From: Terriglobia bacterium
GTDB taxonomy: Bacteria; Acidobacteriota; Terriglobia; Versatilivoradales; Versatilivoraceae
NCBI GenBank assembly: GCA_046331665.1
Contig: JAXLQK010000029.1
Location: forward strand, 2,784-66,783
Length of the DNA: 64,000 bases
Direction: 5' to 3'
Shown here: one piece after another, positions 40,762-51,523 of the stretch
Position numbering within the stretch: position 1 is the stretch's first letter
Layout: every line of letters starts with the position of its first letter
The notes under the pieces: generated by a model
Database searches by the model: none
The model's input: only the letters and a program-made list of their open reading frames with translations
Told to the model about the DNA's origin: nothing
Translations under genes and position numbers: made by a program

Positions 40762-40970
40762 GGTTCCCCTGCAAAATGTCCGAATCCGGGCGCGGGAGGA
40801 GCTTCGTCTCCTCCCCCGTCTTTGACTGAATGATTTTGGGGCGAGAGGTGCTGGATCGAGTCGTTCCAAAATTGCAATTGGCTGAAACAGTTGAATCGAT
40901 GGGCGCCTTGGGTCCCCATCATCCCGCGTGTAAAAACCCCTTCCATGGAAATCGATCAAATGAAAGAGGC

Positions 40971-43175
40971 ATGAAGAAACCTCAGGTGCTCTTTGTCATT
41001 TCAGTATTCACAAGCTTCCTGTTTGTTCTGCGATCGGCCGATACCTTTGGTCACAGCAAAGCCAGCATACAGATCCGTGAACAGGAGGTGATTTATAACT
41101 CCGGCCCCGTGATTTATGCCGAAGCACTTGAAGGCGGCCGCTGGGTGGGCCGAAGTTGGAAAGCTTTGGGAGAGAGAGAACTGCCCGTGAGCTCCTGGTC
41201 GGACGAGGCTTTCAAAATCATGCTTAAAGTTACCCCATCTCCGTCGAATGAGCCGGGGCTACTACTCGCCACCGATTGGACTTGGGTGTCGGTGACTGAG
41301 TCTTTATCGAAACGTAATCCTGACACGATTCACGCCGTTGTCGAGCTATCCCATTCCAATCCTCCGCTTTCACTCAAGATCCATACGCTTCTTGATGGCA
41401 CGCCAGTGCTCACACGTTGGCTGGAGATAAAGAATCTGTCCACCAAAGCAGCCGCTCTCACCAATGTCTCGCCGTGGTCCGGTCGACTCTGGTCGGTTGG
41501 TGCTCCAATCCAGCTGGGGCATTCGCTCCGTAGTGAAGTTCCCTGGGAAGGGTGGTTTGGATGGAAAGAACTCAGGGCGGGGGCCAACCTCTTCAGGAAT
41601 GACACGGATCGACTCTGGGACGATCCATACTTCCTTCTCCAAAACAATTCCAAGGGGGAATATTTCTTCGGCCAGCTCGCCTGGGCGTCCAATTATCAAA
41701 TGGAATTTCGTCAGGATGAGGGGTTGACGTTCAGCATCGGTCCGGTGGCGCGCCAGAATTTGCGTGTGATTGCGCCCGGTGAAACCATCACAGCCCCGGC
41801 GGTCCACCTGGGGTACATCAGGGGAGACTTTGACGCGGCAGTCCAAGCCATGCATGAGCATTTGCGCCGCACGATTCTACCCACACGCGAACCGCCGCTG
41901 GCCTACCGCAGCCAATATCTTTTTCCGGAAGATCAGCGCTGGAGTGTGTTGCATGGCGATGACTATAACGTGACCAACCTAAAGAAGTGCGTTGAGGTGG
42001 CGGCGAGCGCTGGAATTGACGTTTTCATTTTGGATGGGCCCACCTGGATTTCGGCTTACGGGAACTGGCTCGCGCCCAAGCCAAAGTGGTTTCCGGAAGG
42101 ATTGAAACCCCTGGTGGATTACGTTCATCAAAAGGGGATGCTCTTTGGCGCCTATTTCGAAACCGAGGAGGCCGTGACGGAAACACCAGTTTTATCTGGG
42201 ATGGCGGGGCATTGGCCGGGATGTGGAAAGAAAGCAAGGTGTACCAGGAACACCCCGAATGGTTCGACAATATGAACCTCAATCTGGCGATTCCACAAGC
42301 GGCCGCCTATTTGGAAGAAGAACTGGGCCGGATCATCGAGTTTTACGGTCTTGACCTCTACCGGCATGATCAAAACGGAATTGTCTTTTTTCCCCCCGGG
42401 CCGGGAGGAGGGGAAAGTCTGAGGACGGGGAGGTTTATTGACAGTAACTACTGGCGTCATAATGAAGCACTTAATCAGGTCCTTGAGCGTGTTCATGAAA
42501 AATACCCCAAGGTGGTGTTGCAATCCGCAGCCGCAGGCAAATTTTCGCCTCGACCTCGGTACCGTGGGGGCATTTCATGAACATTTTGCCAGTGATCGTG
42601 CCAGTTGGCCGGCCGTGTATCGCATGATCAGCGGCATGAGCGTCTACCTGCCGCCAGAAATTCTGCTCGCCTCCAATGGAATGGCAGGACCGAATCAGCC
42701 GGACCAGATCACGATGCTTCGTTGTGCCTATGCCGTTGGTAATACACCCATGATTTTTAATGCCATGCTGCCAAAGAGCCTGGAAGAACTTAAAGCAGCG
42801 GATCAGAAACTATTTCGTCGCTACTCAGACCTCTACAGGAATTTCATCCGCCCAATCATGGGAAAAACCAAGGTCTATCATCATGCTCCGGTAAATGCCA
42901 CGGGCGGAGTTGAGAGCGGCGATTGGTTTGCCATGGAGTATAGTTTGCCCGATAGGACGAGAGGCTGGGCTACGATCATTTCATTGTCAAAAGACCGAAC
43001 TTCGCCCTACCTGTTAAAGCCCAGGGGGCTGGATGGCTTAAAGCGGTATAAGGTGACATTTGACAATACGGGTGAAACTAAACTCATTGATGCGGCAACG
43101 TTGATGCGTGAAGGACTTCAAATTCAGCCGACGGAACAGGTCGCATCGGAACTCGTCTTATTTGAAGCAGAATAA
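40971..43175 (+). pseudogene. GH36-like (clan GH-D alpha-galactosidase-type) secreted glycoside hydrolase carrying two frameshifts (frames 0>2>0)
   Basis: 'IDVFILDGPTW...GNWLAPKPKWFPEGLKPLVDYVHQKGMLFGAYFETEE' parallels GH36 'FVLDDGWF...GDW...FPGGLKPLVDEVH.LGMKFGLWFEPE'. Continuation 'YQEHPEWFDNMNLNLAIPQAAAYL' is only in frame 2 (42086..42580). C-terminus in 42438..43175. Confidence 0.55.
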
Positions 43176-43251
43176 GGTTGGATTGGAAGCTGCCTTCGAC
43201 TCGATCGAAGCGAACGCTCACCGTTGATGAGGGGAAGGGAAGAGATCAAAC

Positions 43252-44025
43252 ATGAGACTTGGTAACCAGGTCGTTTTGTTGACTGGGGCTGCCTCAGGCA
43301 TCGGCAAAGCCGCCGCCCGCCTGTTTGCCAGAGAAGGTGCAATTCAGTATCTCGTGGACTTGGATGGGCAGGGGCTACAAGAGACAGTGAAGGTCCTGGC
43401 GAACAAGGGAAACGCGTATCCGCTTGCCGTTGACGTCAGTAAGCCGGAGGAAGTTAGAGAAGCGGTTGAAGGTGTGATTCATTCCCATGGAAAAATTGAT
43501 GTCTTGATTTGCAATGCAGGAGTTGTGCGGGTTGGGGAGATTGAAGACTTTCCCGACGAAGAGTACGATTTGTTAATTGATGTAAATCTCAAAGGCACCT
43601 TCTATTGCTGCAAGTACGCAGCCCCTCACCTCAAGAGACAGAAGCACGGGGTAATTCTTACCGTTGCTTCGGTGGCTGCGCACGTCGGCCAGACCCAACA
43701 TGCCAACTATTGCTCGACCAAGGCCGCAGTCCTGGGATTTACACGGGCTTTGGCATTGGATCTGGCCCCCTTTGGTATTCGGGTGAATAGTATTTCACCG
43801 GGTGCGACGAACACACCCATGCTCCTGCGCGACATCAAGAAACAAGCTCAGGATCAGGGGGTTCCGGAATCAGTCATTAAGGAACAATTTGAGAAAGAGA
43901 GCGTCCTGGGTAGATGGGCCAATCCTGAGGAGATCGCTGCCGGTATGTTATTCCTGGCCAGCAGCGATTCCTCATTCATGACGGGTGCAGACCTCCGGAT
44001 TGATGGGGGATGGACAGCCAGATGA
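43252..44025 (+). CDS. SDR-family oxidoreductase
   Basis: 'VVLLTGAASGIGKAAA', 'NAG' and 'YCSTKAAV'. Confidence 0.9.
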   Translation: MRLGNQVVLLTGAASGIGKAAARLFAREGAIQYLVDLDGQGLQETVKVLANKGNAYPLAVDVSKPEEVREAVEGVIHSHGKIDVLICNAGVVRVGEIEDFPDEEYDLLIDVNLKGTFYCCKYAAPHLKRQKHGVILTVASVAAHVGQTQHANYCSTKAAVLGFTRALALDLAPFGIRVNSISPGATNTPMLLRDIKKQAQDQGVPESVIKEQFEKESVLGRWANPEEIAAGMLFLASSDSSFMTGADLRIDGGWTAR

Positions 44026-44107
44026 AGGCTTGATGACACGTATGATTTTTCGGTCAATCTTATCGTTTACAATTCAGGGGCTTTTCATTTAAAGGAGAAG
44101 AATCACA

Positions 44108-45385
44108 GTGAGCCTGCCTTCATATCTGTCCCGCCACGCTTGGAAATTGAAACGAATTTGGATGGGGTTATTGATCACCCTTTTGATGGGAAGCTCTTTG
44201 TGTGTGGCGGCAGATGCGGATTGGCCACAGTGGGGAGGGCCTCATCGAAACTTTGTCGTTGAGTCAGGCCGCCTCGCGATTTCCTGGCCAAGCGAAGGCC
44301 CAGCTAGACTCTGGGAAAGGGAGCTTGGAGACGGGTATTCAGGAATCGCCGTTTCCTCTGGCCGGCTTTATACCATGCTTCATCGTGGCAATCAGGAAGT
44401 GGTGGTTTCTCTGGATGCCTCCAATGGAAAAACGATTTGGGAATATCCGTATGACGTGACCTATTTGGACGAGATGAATATGGATACGGGACCGGGCCCC
44501 CACTCGACGCCACTCCTCGTGGGATCCTACGTCTTTACGACAGGAACTACAGGGCGGGTGCATTGCGTGGATTCCAAAAGTGGGAAGATGGTGTGGTCCC
44601 GAGACCTGTTTAAGGAATTTGGCGGAACGATTCTTGCCCGAGGCTACTCCTCCAGCCCCATTGCCTACCAACAAAGCGTGATTGTGACCACAGGCGGGCC
44701 GGGCCACGCTCTTGTCGCCTTCCATCAAAAAGATGGATCCGTCGTTTGGCAGAAACAAGATTTCCTCAATTCGCATTCTTCGCCTACCCTGATCAAATTC
44801 AAAGAGCAGGATCAACTGGTCGGATTCATGGCCAAGATGATTGTTGGCATCGACCCCGCCAACGGAGACCTCCTCTGGAATGTTCCCCATGAATTGGGAG
44901 GGGACTTCATTGTATTTACCCCGCTTTGGACTGAAGATAATCTTTTGTTCTTTTCCAGCGCCTATGGCGGCGGGAGCCGCCTATTGCAGCTATCGAAGGA
45001 CGACGGGAAGGCAGCCGCCAAAGAGCTATGGTTTAACAATAAAATGCGAATTCATCATGGCAACGCAATTCGCGTAGGTGGCCTGATTTTTGGCTCCAGT
45101 GGCGACTTTGGACCGTCCTTTATGACCGCAATCGAGGTTGCATCGGGGAAAATTCTTTGGCAAGACCGGAGTTTTGCCAAATCGATGCTGCTCTATGCGG
45201 ATGGAAAATTCATTCTCCTGGATGAGGAAGGAGCATTGGCGCTGGTTCAAATGGACAGCCAGGGATTAAAAATCATTTCAAAAACAGAAATCTTAAAGAG
45301 TAAATCGAGAACACCGCCGTCCTTGGTCGGCACGAAGCTCTACCTCCGTGACAGAAAAACCATGGTCGCGCTGGACTTAAAGTAA
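44108..45385 (+). CDS. Secreted PQQ-like beta-propeller repeat protein
   Basis: Signal peptide. 'WPQWGGPHRN' and repeated 'G.LY....G.....DA.SGK..W' blades. Confidence 0.7.
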   Translation: MSLPSYLSRHAWKLKRIWMGLLITLLMGSSLCVAADADWPQWGGPHRNFVVESGRLAISWPSEGPARLWERELGDGYSGIAVSSGRLYTMLHRGNQEVVVSLDASNGKTIWEYPYDVTYLDEMNMDTGPGPHSTPLLVGSYVFTTGTTGRVHCVDSKSGKMVWSRDLFKEFGGTILARGYSSSPIAYQQSVIVTTGGPGHALVAFHQKDGSVVWQKQDFLNSHSSPTLIKFKEQDQLVGFMAKMIVGIDPANGDLLWNVPHELGGDFIVFTPLWTEDNLLFFSSAYGGGSRLLQLSKDDGKAAAKELWFNNKMRIHHGNAIRVGGLIFGSSGDFGPSFMTAIEVASGKILWQDRSFAKSMLLYADGKFILLDEEGALALVQMDSQGLKIISKTEILKSKSRTPPSLVGTKLYLRDRKTMVALDLK

Positions 45386-45560
45386 GTGCTTGTGGGTGAG
45401 GTTGCCGCGGCAAGACGAAGTCCGTCGAAACAACCTGGATTCAAGTTGGGCCATTCACTCTTTCAAGGAAGAATGTCAAGCTTTCCGTCCTTATAAATTG
45501 CAAAAACACTTCGGTGAAACTCCACTCCGTTCTTGAATTTCGGAACCAATTGGAACTGCA

Positions 45561-46043
45561 TCACAAATCGGTCAGGTTTATAAAGGTATAGAGCTCGCTT
45601 GATCCGCTCCACGTACTTGCAACATCGTCTATTCCGCTACCGGCCATCCCCATCACTGAAAAAAGACTCTCAACAATGATCTTGGGAGACTGCTTCCGAA
45701 TTTCCTCAGATACATTGGCGGCTGCGGTCCATCCATTGGACTCTTTGTTGAACATCACCCTCGGAATAGAGACAACTGCCGACGGCCTGATCGATTCAAC
45801 AACCTCCGTAACAGTCCCTAGATTTACCATGGTGTAGACCAGTTGTTCCTTAACTTCTGCAGCCTTTTTTTGGGAGCTCCGCAATTCACCTTCGAGCGTT
45901 GAAACTCTCGCCTTGAGCAAGGCCAACTCGGAGACCAAGGTTTCTATTTCCTGCTTCGATAGTTGGCTGGCAGCAACTTGTGAAAAACCAAAGCTGACCA
46001 AGGGAACAAGTAACATGGCAATTATTCCACACACCTTTTTCAT
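45561..46043 (-). CDS. Small secreted coiled-coil protein, hypothetical
   Basis: Signal peptide 'IIAMLLVPLVSFGF'. Heptad-like 'LVSELALLKARVSTLEGELRSSQKKAAEVKEQL'. Confidence 0.45.
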   Translation of the reverse strand: MKKVCGIIAMLLVPLVSFGFSQVAASQLSKQEIETLVSELALLKARVSTLEGELRSSQKKAAEVKEQLVYTMVNLGTVTEVVESIRPSAVVSIPRVMFNKESNGWTAAANVSEEIRKQSPKIIVESLFSVMGMAGSGIDDVASTWSGSSELYTFINLTDL

Positions 46044-46138
46044 AGGAGCCTCCTTTCATAGATACTTAAGGGTTCTCATAAGAATGTAATCACGAGAACG
46101 GGGGGCCAACTACCAGACATGTCAACCACGGTTTCGAG

Positions 46139-47626
46139 TCATCGGTCAAAAGATTTTCCGAAGCAATACAAGTGTTGACGGGTTCTAACATAGAGTCTTC
46201 CGTCGGCAATCGCCGGGGTTGCAAAGCACTCCTCTCCCAAATCGTTGACCGCCAGAATCTCCCAATCCCCTTTGGCTTTCAAGACGGTTACTTTCCCCGT
46301 TACGCTCACTAAAAAAACTTTGTCATCCGCTGCTACCAGCGAAGCAAAATACGATTCGAGGCCATCTTGTAATCGCCCTTGTTTCAGAACTGTGCCAGTG
46401 CTGGGATCCAGGCTGGTCACGACTCCACCATCCTTCACCATAAAAATCACACCTTTGTAAAGGAGCGGGGAAGATACGTTTGGGAGCGATTTCCAATAAC
46501 GCCAGAGAATATTGGTTGTAGTGAGATCACCGCGGTCACCCAACCGAACGGCAAATAGTCCATTCTGGCCTGTGAGCATGGAACGGTAGGAATCCCATTC
46601 TTTTTTGTCCAGGGTTCCATTTTTATCCAAGTCCACCACCGACCAGGATTCCTTTAGATTCGGGCCAACCGCTTCGTCGAGAGAAATGCAGCCATCATGA
46701 TTCTTGTCATGTTCCCGAAGGACTGCATCAAACTCGGGCAACTCCACTTGATTCCCGGGGTCGCCGGTACCCCAGGTATTGATATGAAAATAAAGAATGC
46801 CCTGGTCTATGAGGGGTACTTTCTTGTGCTGACAGTTGAGCCCGTGAATCCACCAAAGTTTCTGGCCGCTGGCAAGTTCGTAAGCGATCAGTTGAAAGGA
46901 GCCAGGGACGATCACTTGCGATGGTCCTTCCAGCGGCTGGTACCAGATCGGCGTAGAGAATCCTTGAATAACCTCTGGACGAGCCGTTTTCCAGCAAGTC
47001 TTGCCATTGTCCTTGTCTATTGCGGTCACGAAGGAGTTGGTTTCCTGGTCGCACACGAGAATCAATTTGTTATCGGCGATAATCGGGGAAGAGGCCATGC
47101 CGTGGGCATTGTTGAATGGCCCCATAGAAACTCTCCAACGTTCAGTGCCGTCCAACCGATAAGAGATCAGCCCGAAATCGGCAAAGAATACGTAAACGTT
47201 TTTCCCATCGGTCACCGCAGTCGGTGTGGCTGGAGTGTTGTGTGGATGGTGCTTTTCGTTGCGAGGCCTGGGGATTTCGCGGTGCCAGAGCCTCTCCCCA
47301 GTCTTGCGGTCGAAGCATAAAGTGAGAAGATCAGTATCATGGTAGGCCGTGACGATGAGACGATCTCCCGCTACTACGGGAGAAGAATGGCCTGGGGGAA
47401 GAGCCACTTTCCAAACTACACGATTAATCAATTCCAAACTCGACTGGGAGCCTCTTGGTCTTGGACACGTCGATCCATTTGGGCCGCGAAACTGTGGCCA
47501 TTGAGCGTTCGATACCCCTTGGAGAACGAAGAACAAAGCTACAAGGAGTACCCAGCCTCTACAGGTAATCGCTCCAGTGAAGTAGGTGTTACGCCACATT
47601 TGGATTTGAATGTTTTGCCGCCACAT
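46139..47626 (-). CDS. Secreted PQQ-like beta-propeller protein with inserted EF-hand pair
   Basis: 'WPQFRGPNGS' start of propeller. 'DKNHDGCISLDE' and 'DLDKNGTLDKKE' are canonical EF-hand loops. Confidence 0.7.
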   Translation of the reverse strand: MWRQNIQIQMWRNTYFTGAITCRGWVLLVALFFVLQGVSNAQWPQFRGPNGSTCPRPRGSQSSLELINRVVWKVALPPGHSSPVVAGDRLIVTAYHDTDLLTLCFDRKTGERLWHREIPRPRNEKHHPHNTPATPTAVTDGKNVYVFFADFGLISYRLDGTERWRVSMGPFNNAHGMASSPIIADNKLILVCDQETNSFVTAIDKDNGKTCWKTARPEVIQGFSTPIWYQPLEGPSQVIVPGSFQLIAYELASGQKLWWIHGLNCQHKKVPLIDQGILYFHINTWGTGDPGNQVELPEFDAVLREHDKNHDGCISLDEAVGPNLKESWSVVDLDKNGTLDKKEWDSYRSMLTGQNGLFAVRLGDRGDLTTTNILWRYWKSLPNVSSPLLYKGVIFMVKDGGVVTSLDPSTGTVLKQGRLQDGLESYFASLVAADDKVFLVSVTGKVTVLKAKGDWEILAVNDLGEECFATPAIADGRLYVRTRQHLYCFGKSFDR

Positions 47627-47728
47627 CCAACCCCTTGGGGATTGCTTGAAGAAAAGGCGGCAATTTACAAGCCGCCAATTCCGTTCTTCTGCCCACGGCT
47701 TTGGTGACCCTCGCGACGGCAGCTCGCA

Positions 47729-48548
47729 TCACGCCATGAACGCGCCTCCGTTCGGAGAAAGCCATTGGCCTGTGAAAAACGCGCTGTCGTCACACGCCAA
47801 AAATAGTGCTGTAGCCGCCACCTCTTCTGGCTCGGCCGAACGGCCCAGAGGGGTGCGGCCCACGTAAGTTTCTCTTAGTTTAGGTGAGAGGAGTTCATTG
47901 AATCGCATTGATAAATCCTGGCAGATGGTGACCACCCGAATATTTTGAGAGGCAACTTCCTGGGCAAGCGCGCGCGTGAAACTCAGAATTCCTCCTTGGC
48001 AGCCGAGTAATGAGGAGAACATCCAGTCCCGCCAAAGCGGCTACACTGGCCATGTTGACGATCACACCGTGGTTTCGGCGGCTCATCAGCTTGAGAGCTT
48101 CCCGCGCGTGCAAAAATGTACCATTCAAGTGACTCCAATCATCCTGTGCCACCTGTCATCGCTCATCTCTTGAGTGATCTTCCAATGGGTCTGGGCCCTT
48201 TGTCCGTTCTTTGTTTCTTGAAATCGAGCTTCGAATTTTTGATTTGCCAATTCCCATACACTGGCCGTTGCGGGGATGCCCGCATTGTTGACCAAGACGT
48301 CAAGCTCTCCAAACCGTCGCTCGATCTCGGAAAACTTGGCCTTTACCTGGTACTGTCCGAAACGTCGGCCTGAATGATACAGCTCTGGGCTGACAGGGGA
48401 CCCATGGCCTCAACTGTTTCCTGACCCTGTTCCAAATGCAAGTCATTGACAATGACACGCGCCCTTCCGCTGCAAAAAGTATGGCGATCGACCGGCCGAT
48501 CCCCGAACCTCCGCCAGTGATAAGCACTGTTTTATTCGACAGCTTCAT
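47729..48548 (-). pseudogene. SDR-family oxidoreductase fragmented across frames (paralogue of 43252..44025)
   Basis: N-terminus 'KTVLITGGGSGIGRSIA' (48300..48548), middle 'GVIVNMASVAALAG' (47895..48152) and C-terminus 'GGILSFTRALAQEVASQNIRV...FLACDDSAFFTGQ' (47729..48022), each in a different frame. Confidence 0.6.
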
Positions 48549-48682
48549 AGACTTGACTCCTTGACGAATCGGCGGACTTCGGGGGAGCCCGTCGAGTATC
48601 GCCGACTTTACCGCGTCTCGAAGTTGTTTCAGTGCCCGTTGCTGAGGTGCCCAACAAGGAATTCATTCTCGAAAATAGTTAA

Positions 48683-48876
48683 TGTTGTGGCGGCGCTCTA
48701 TGAGCGCCGAAGTAGTGAGACCGTAGACGGACCACTCAGGATCTGGCGGTCACAGACAGACGCTACAGAATTTGCCCCTGTTGTAGCGGCGCTCTATGAG
48801 CACCGTCTTGCGTCAGTCGCTTCGATCTCGGCGGTCACAGACCGCCGCTATAGTCACAATTCTTCGGAAACCGGGA
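48683..48876. repeat. Two tandem ~98-bp units each carrying GC-rich hairpins (CGGCGCTC-TAT-GAGCGCCG; GGCGGTC-ACA-GACCGCC); same family as the 1382..1400 hairpin
   Basis: Direct reading. 'tgttgtggcggcgctctatgagcgccgaag' / 'tgttgtagcggcgctctatgagcaccg' and 'ctggcggtcacagac...' / 'ctcggcggtcacagaccgccg'. Confidence 0.7.
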
Positions 48877-49068
48877 TGCGAAGGGAAACCAGCAGCCAAC
48901 TGCCGTCTCTATTCACGAACGAGTAGGAAGATTCGAGTCACACCATGGCTTGTTGGACGTGATCTCTCCGGCAATTCCTACAATGGCGCGGCCGTGCTCC
49001 CAGGAGCGGCGAAGGCTTTTTCATCAGCGGGCTTTTCCTTTGGGGATTGAGTTTTCTAAATTCAGGAT

Positions 49069-49710
49069 TCAAAAATTGAGAGGCCCCTGCCAATTTGCCT
49101 CGTGGCAGATTCCTTCTTGGACGGCCACCGATGCTAGATACAGTGTTTCTTCGAGTTTGTCCGGTGGGATAGCTGTGATCCCGTTGGCATCCGCAAAGAT
49201 GATGTCACCGGAATTCACCTGCAGTTTTCCGCAACGAATTGGCGCGCCTATATTCCCATACTTTTCCTTGGTCGCTCGACGAGGAACGATGGCTCGCGCA
49301 AATACGGGGTAGCCTATCGCCCGGAGTTCGAGCAAATCACGCACCGCTCCATCAACGATTGTTCCCGCCAACCCCCTCCCTCGTGCTGAAGTCGACATCA
49401 ATTCGCCCCAGAGAGCTGCTTGGCAACTGCCACCCCCGGAAACCACGAGGACATCTCCAGGCTTGGCTGAATGCAACGCATGATGCAGGGTCAGGTTGTC
49501 GTCGGCCGCACAGAGCACCGTTAGTGCTGGGCCACAGATGCGGAATTTCGACCTCATGGGCCTGATCTCGTTCTCGAATTCGAGGGAAGGTCCAAGGGCG
49601 TCGATGATCTGGCATACAGAAATCTTCTTAAATTGTTTTAAGGTTTCCGCCGTGCATGTCATGGGAATCCTGCCCGCGACTTTCCAGGCCTTTTCATTTG
49701 ACGAGATCAC
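49069..49710 (-). CDS. RraA-like / class II aldolase family protein (second paralogue)
   Basis: 'GDVLVVSGGGSCQAALWGELMSTSARGRGLAGTIVDGAVRD'. The true start may be the internal Met at 49662. Confidence 0.7.
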   Translation of the reverse strand: MISSNEKAWKVAGRIPMTCTAETLKQFKKISVCQIIDALGPSLEFENEIRPMRSKFRICGPALTVLCAADDNLTLHHALHSAKPGDVLVVSGGGSCQAALWGELMSTSARGRGLAGTIVDGAVRDLLELRAIGYPVFARAIVPRRATKEKYGNIGAPIRCGKLQVNSGDIIFADANGITAIPPDKLEETLYLASVAVQEGICHEANWQGPLNF

Positions 49711-49880
49711 AGGGGATCGCTGATTGATAGGCTAATATTTTGGAGGTAGCATTGCCGGCTTTACCCGGGAATTTCAGGTCGAGGTCCCGCCGCAAGCCTG
49801 CGTCGCGTCAGCACTTTCGCCAATTTCCATCCATCGGGCGATCAGTGCCGAGAAAACGAGAATGCATCCGGTCCACACGG

Positions 49881-50534
49881 TTACTGAACAACAAACGGCA
49901 GCAACCGCCAGTTCAAGTCAGACTGATAAAATCGCTCGTGGAATTTCGCCTCTGCATGACACGCAGGATGGGTTCCTGACGTTTGGCATCTTCCGGCGAG
50001 GTCACCTGGAATGGCCGCTGCGGCCAATCCGTCGGTGAGCCCAGGTCGAAGCAGTGCAATATGTGGATGCGTCCATTGCATACCAAGGGTGGGGGTCAAC
50101 GGGAAGACGACGGTCAAAGCGAGCGGTTCGAGCGGCTTTCCGTTGAAGCGGTTTCTCGCCTCCCGGAGGAGGGGCCAGGTCAGGCTCCACAAGCCAATCA
50201 GGCCGCCTTCGCCATCAGGGCTGGGCGGCTGCACCTGCCATTCTCCCGTACCTTTCAAAAAATTGGTGTTGATATCGTCGAGAACCTTCCGGGCGACTGG
50301 TGTAACCAAATCAAACGCGACTCTGAATAAGGCTTCGCGCTCAGCCCGACTGGAGGCACCTTCGTACCATTTGTTCTGCAGGTCTACAACATGGCGGTGA
50401 TAATCCTCGACCCGCCGAGTCCAGATCGACTCGTTTAGATTCGCCGGCGACGATGGACTGACCTCTTCCCGAATCGCCGTTCTGCCAGCAGACTCATCAT
50501 TCGTCATCGGTGCCTCCTCTAATTGAGCGCACAA
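49881..50534 (-). CDS. Hypothetical protein
   Basis: ORF only; no recognised motifs. Confidence 0.35.
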   Translation of the reverse strand: MCAQLEEAPMTNDESAGRTAIREEVSPSSPANLNESIWTRRVEDYHRHVVDLQNKWYEGASSRAEREALFRVAFDLVTPVARKVLDDINTNFLKGTGEWQVQPPSPDGEGGLIGLWSLTWPLLREARNRFNGKPLEPLALTVVFPLTPTLGMQWTHPHIALLRPGLTDGLAAAAIPGDLAGRCQTSGTHPACHAEAKFHERFYQSDLNWRLLPFVVQ

Positions 50535-50578
50535 ATTGAGGTTGTCATTGACCTATGGGCGAGCATCTCGTGGCAGGT

Positions 50579-51523
50579 TCATTCTGAAGCTCCTTTGGGA
50601 ACGCGATCAACGTACTCTTTCCGAATTCGACGGACCGAAGCCACGTCCATCCATCGTTCCATATGATCGTAAATACTTCCGTGCTCGGTGGCCACGGCAT
50701 CGGTTCGGCCTGTCGTCCTGACCTTTACGGCCGCTGCAAACATGGCATTTGCCGCCACACCCAGCAGGGTGGTGGGTTCGACGTACATCTCATATCCCAA
50801 GGCATAGAGATCATCAATTGAGAGCGACATCATCTCATTGGTGTATTGCACTCGATCTGTGGGGATTTGGGTTCCAAGCGTTCGTATGGTAATCAGTGGT
50901 CCGCTGACTTGACTGCGGAACCATTTTGCCTGCTCGACCGTCCAGCAAATCGGGAAGAGAGCGTCTGCCCCAGCCTCCTGGTAAGCATTGGCTCGTTTCA
51001 ACCAATCTGCTCGCCGATCTTCCTCCTTCGTGTGTTTTGAGGCAACATAGGTACCGGGTCGTCCGATGATCATGAAGTCCTTGTTTCTTCGTTCTCCCAC
51101 CATGGACCTGATCTTGGCCGCGGTCAGTTCCATGTCTTCAAGACCCAGCACATGCGGAGGAATGAAGGGGCATTTGTAAGGAAGGCCATAATCATCGACA
51201 TGGACTGCGGAGACTCCGACTGCTTCCAGCTCTTTCATCCAATAGACTGAAACATACGGCTCCCCAAACCCTTGTTCGAAATCCACCAGGATTGGAAGAT
51301 GGATGCTCCGTCGAATGGCTCTGCAGCAGCGAACCAGTTCTTCCGGACCGATGACGCCGATGTCCGGTACTCCGTTGACGAAACTCATTTGTAGAGATTG
51401 AACTCCCACGGCATCGAACCCAGCGCGTTCGGCAATCTTTGCGGAGAGCACATCGTGCACTCCCATAATCCAAATCGGCCGGCCCCGCCCAAGCATGCTG
51501 CGAAAGCTAGGCGTTTCATTCAT
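50579..51523 (-). CDS. PEP mutase / isocitrate lyase superfamily enzyme (methylisocitrate-lyase or carboxy-PEP-mutase-like)
   Basis: 'HLPILVDFEQGFGEP' matches the superfamily 'PLLVDIDTGFG' motif. GGAG RBS before the ATG at 51523. Confidence 0.7.
   Translation of the reverse strand: MNETPSFRSMLGRGRPIWIMGVHDVLSAKIAERAGFDAVGVQSLQMSFVNGVPDIGVIGPEELVRCCRAIRRSIHLPILVDFEQGFGEPYVSVYWMKELEAVGVSAVHVDDYGLPYKCPFIPPHVLGLEDMELTAAKIRSMVGERRNKDFMIIGRPGTYVASKHTKEEDRRADWLKRANAYQEAGADALFPICWTVEQAKWFRSQVSGPLITIRTLGTQIPTDRVQYTNEMMSLSIDDLYALGYEMYVEPTTLLGVAANAMFAAAVKVRTTGRTDAVATEHGSIYDHMERWMDVASVRRIRKEYVDRVPKGASE

Noticed and set aside
39643-40959. 438-aa minus-strand ORF opposite the GH116-like gene
   Set aside because: Antisense shadow ORF. 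The sense strand has a Tat signal, an RBS and family motifs; the antisense product is Arg/Pro-rich low complexity.
46697-47320. 207-aa plus-strand ORF opposite the PQQ/EF-hand propeller gene
   Set aside because: Antisense to a gene with repeated propeller blades and EF-hand loops.
48561-48926. 121-aa ORF spanning the 48.7-kb hairpin repeats
   Set aside because: Reads through tandem palindromic repeats; its composition is driven by the repeat, not coding.
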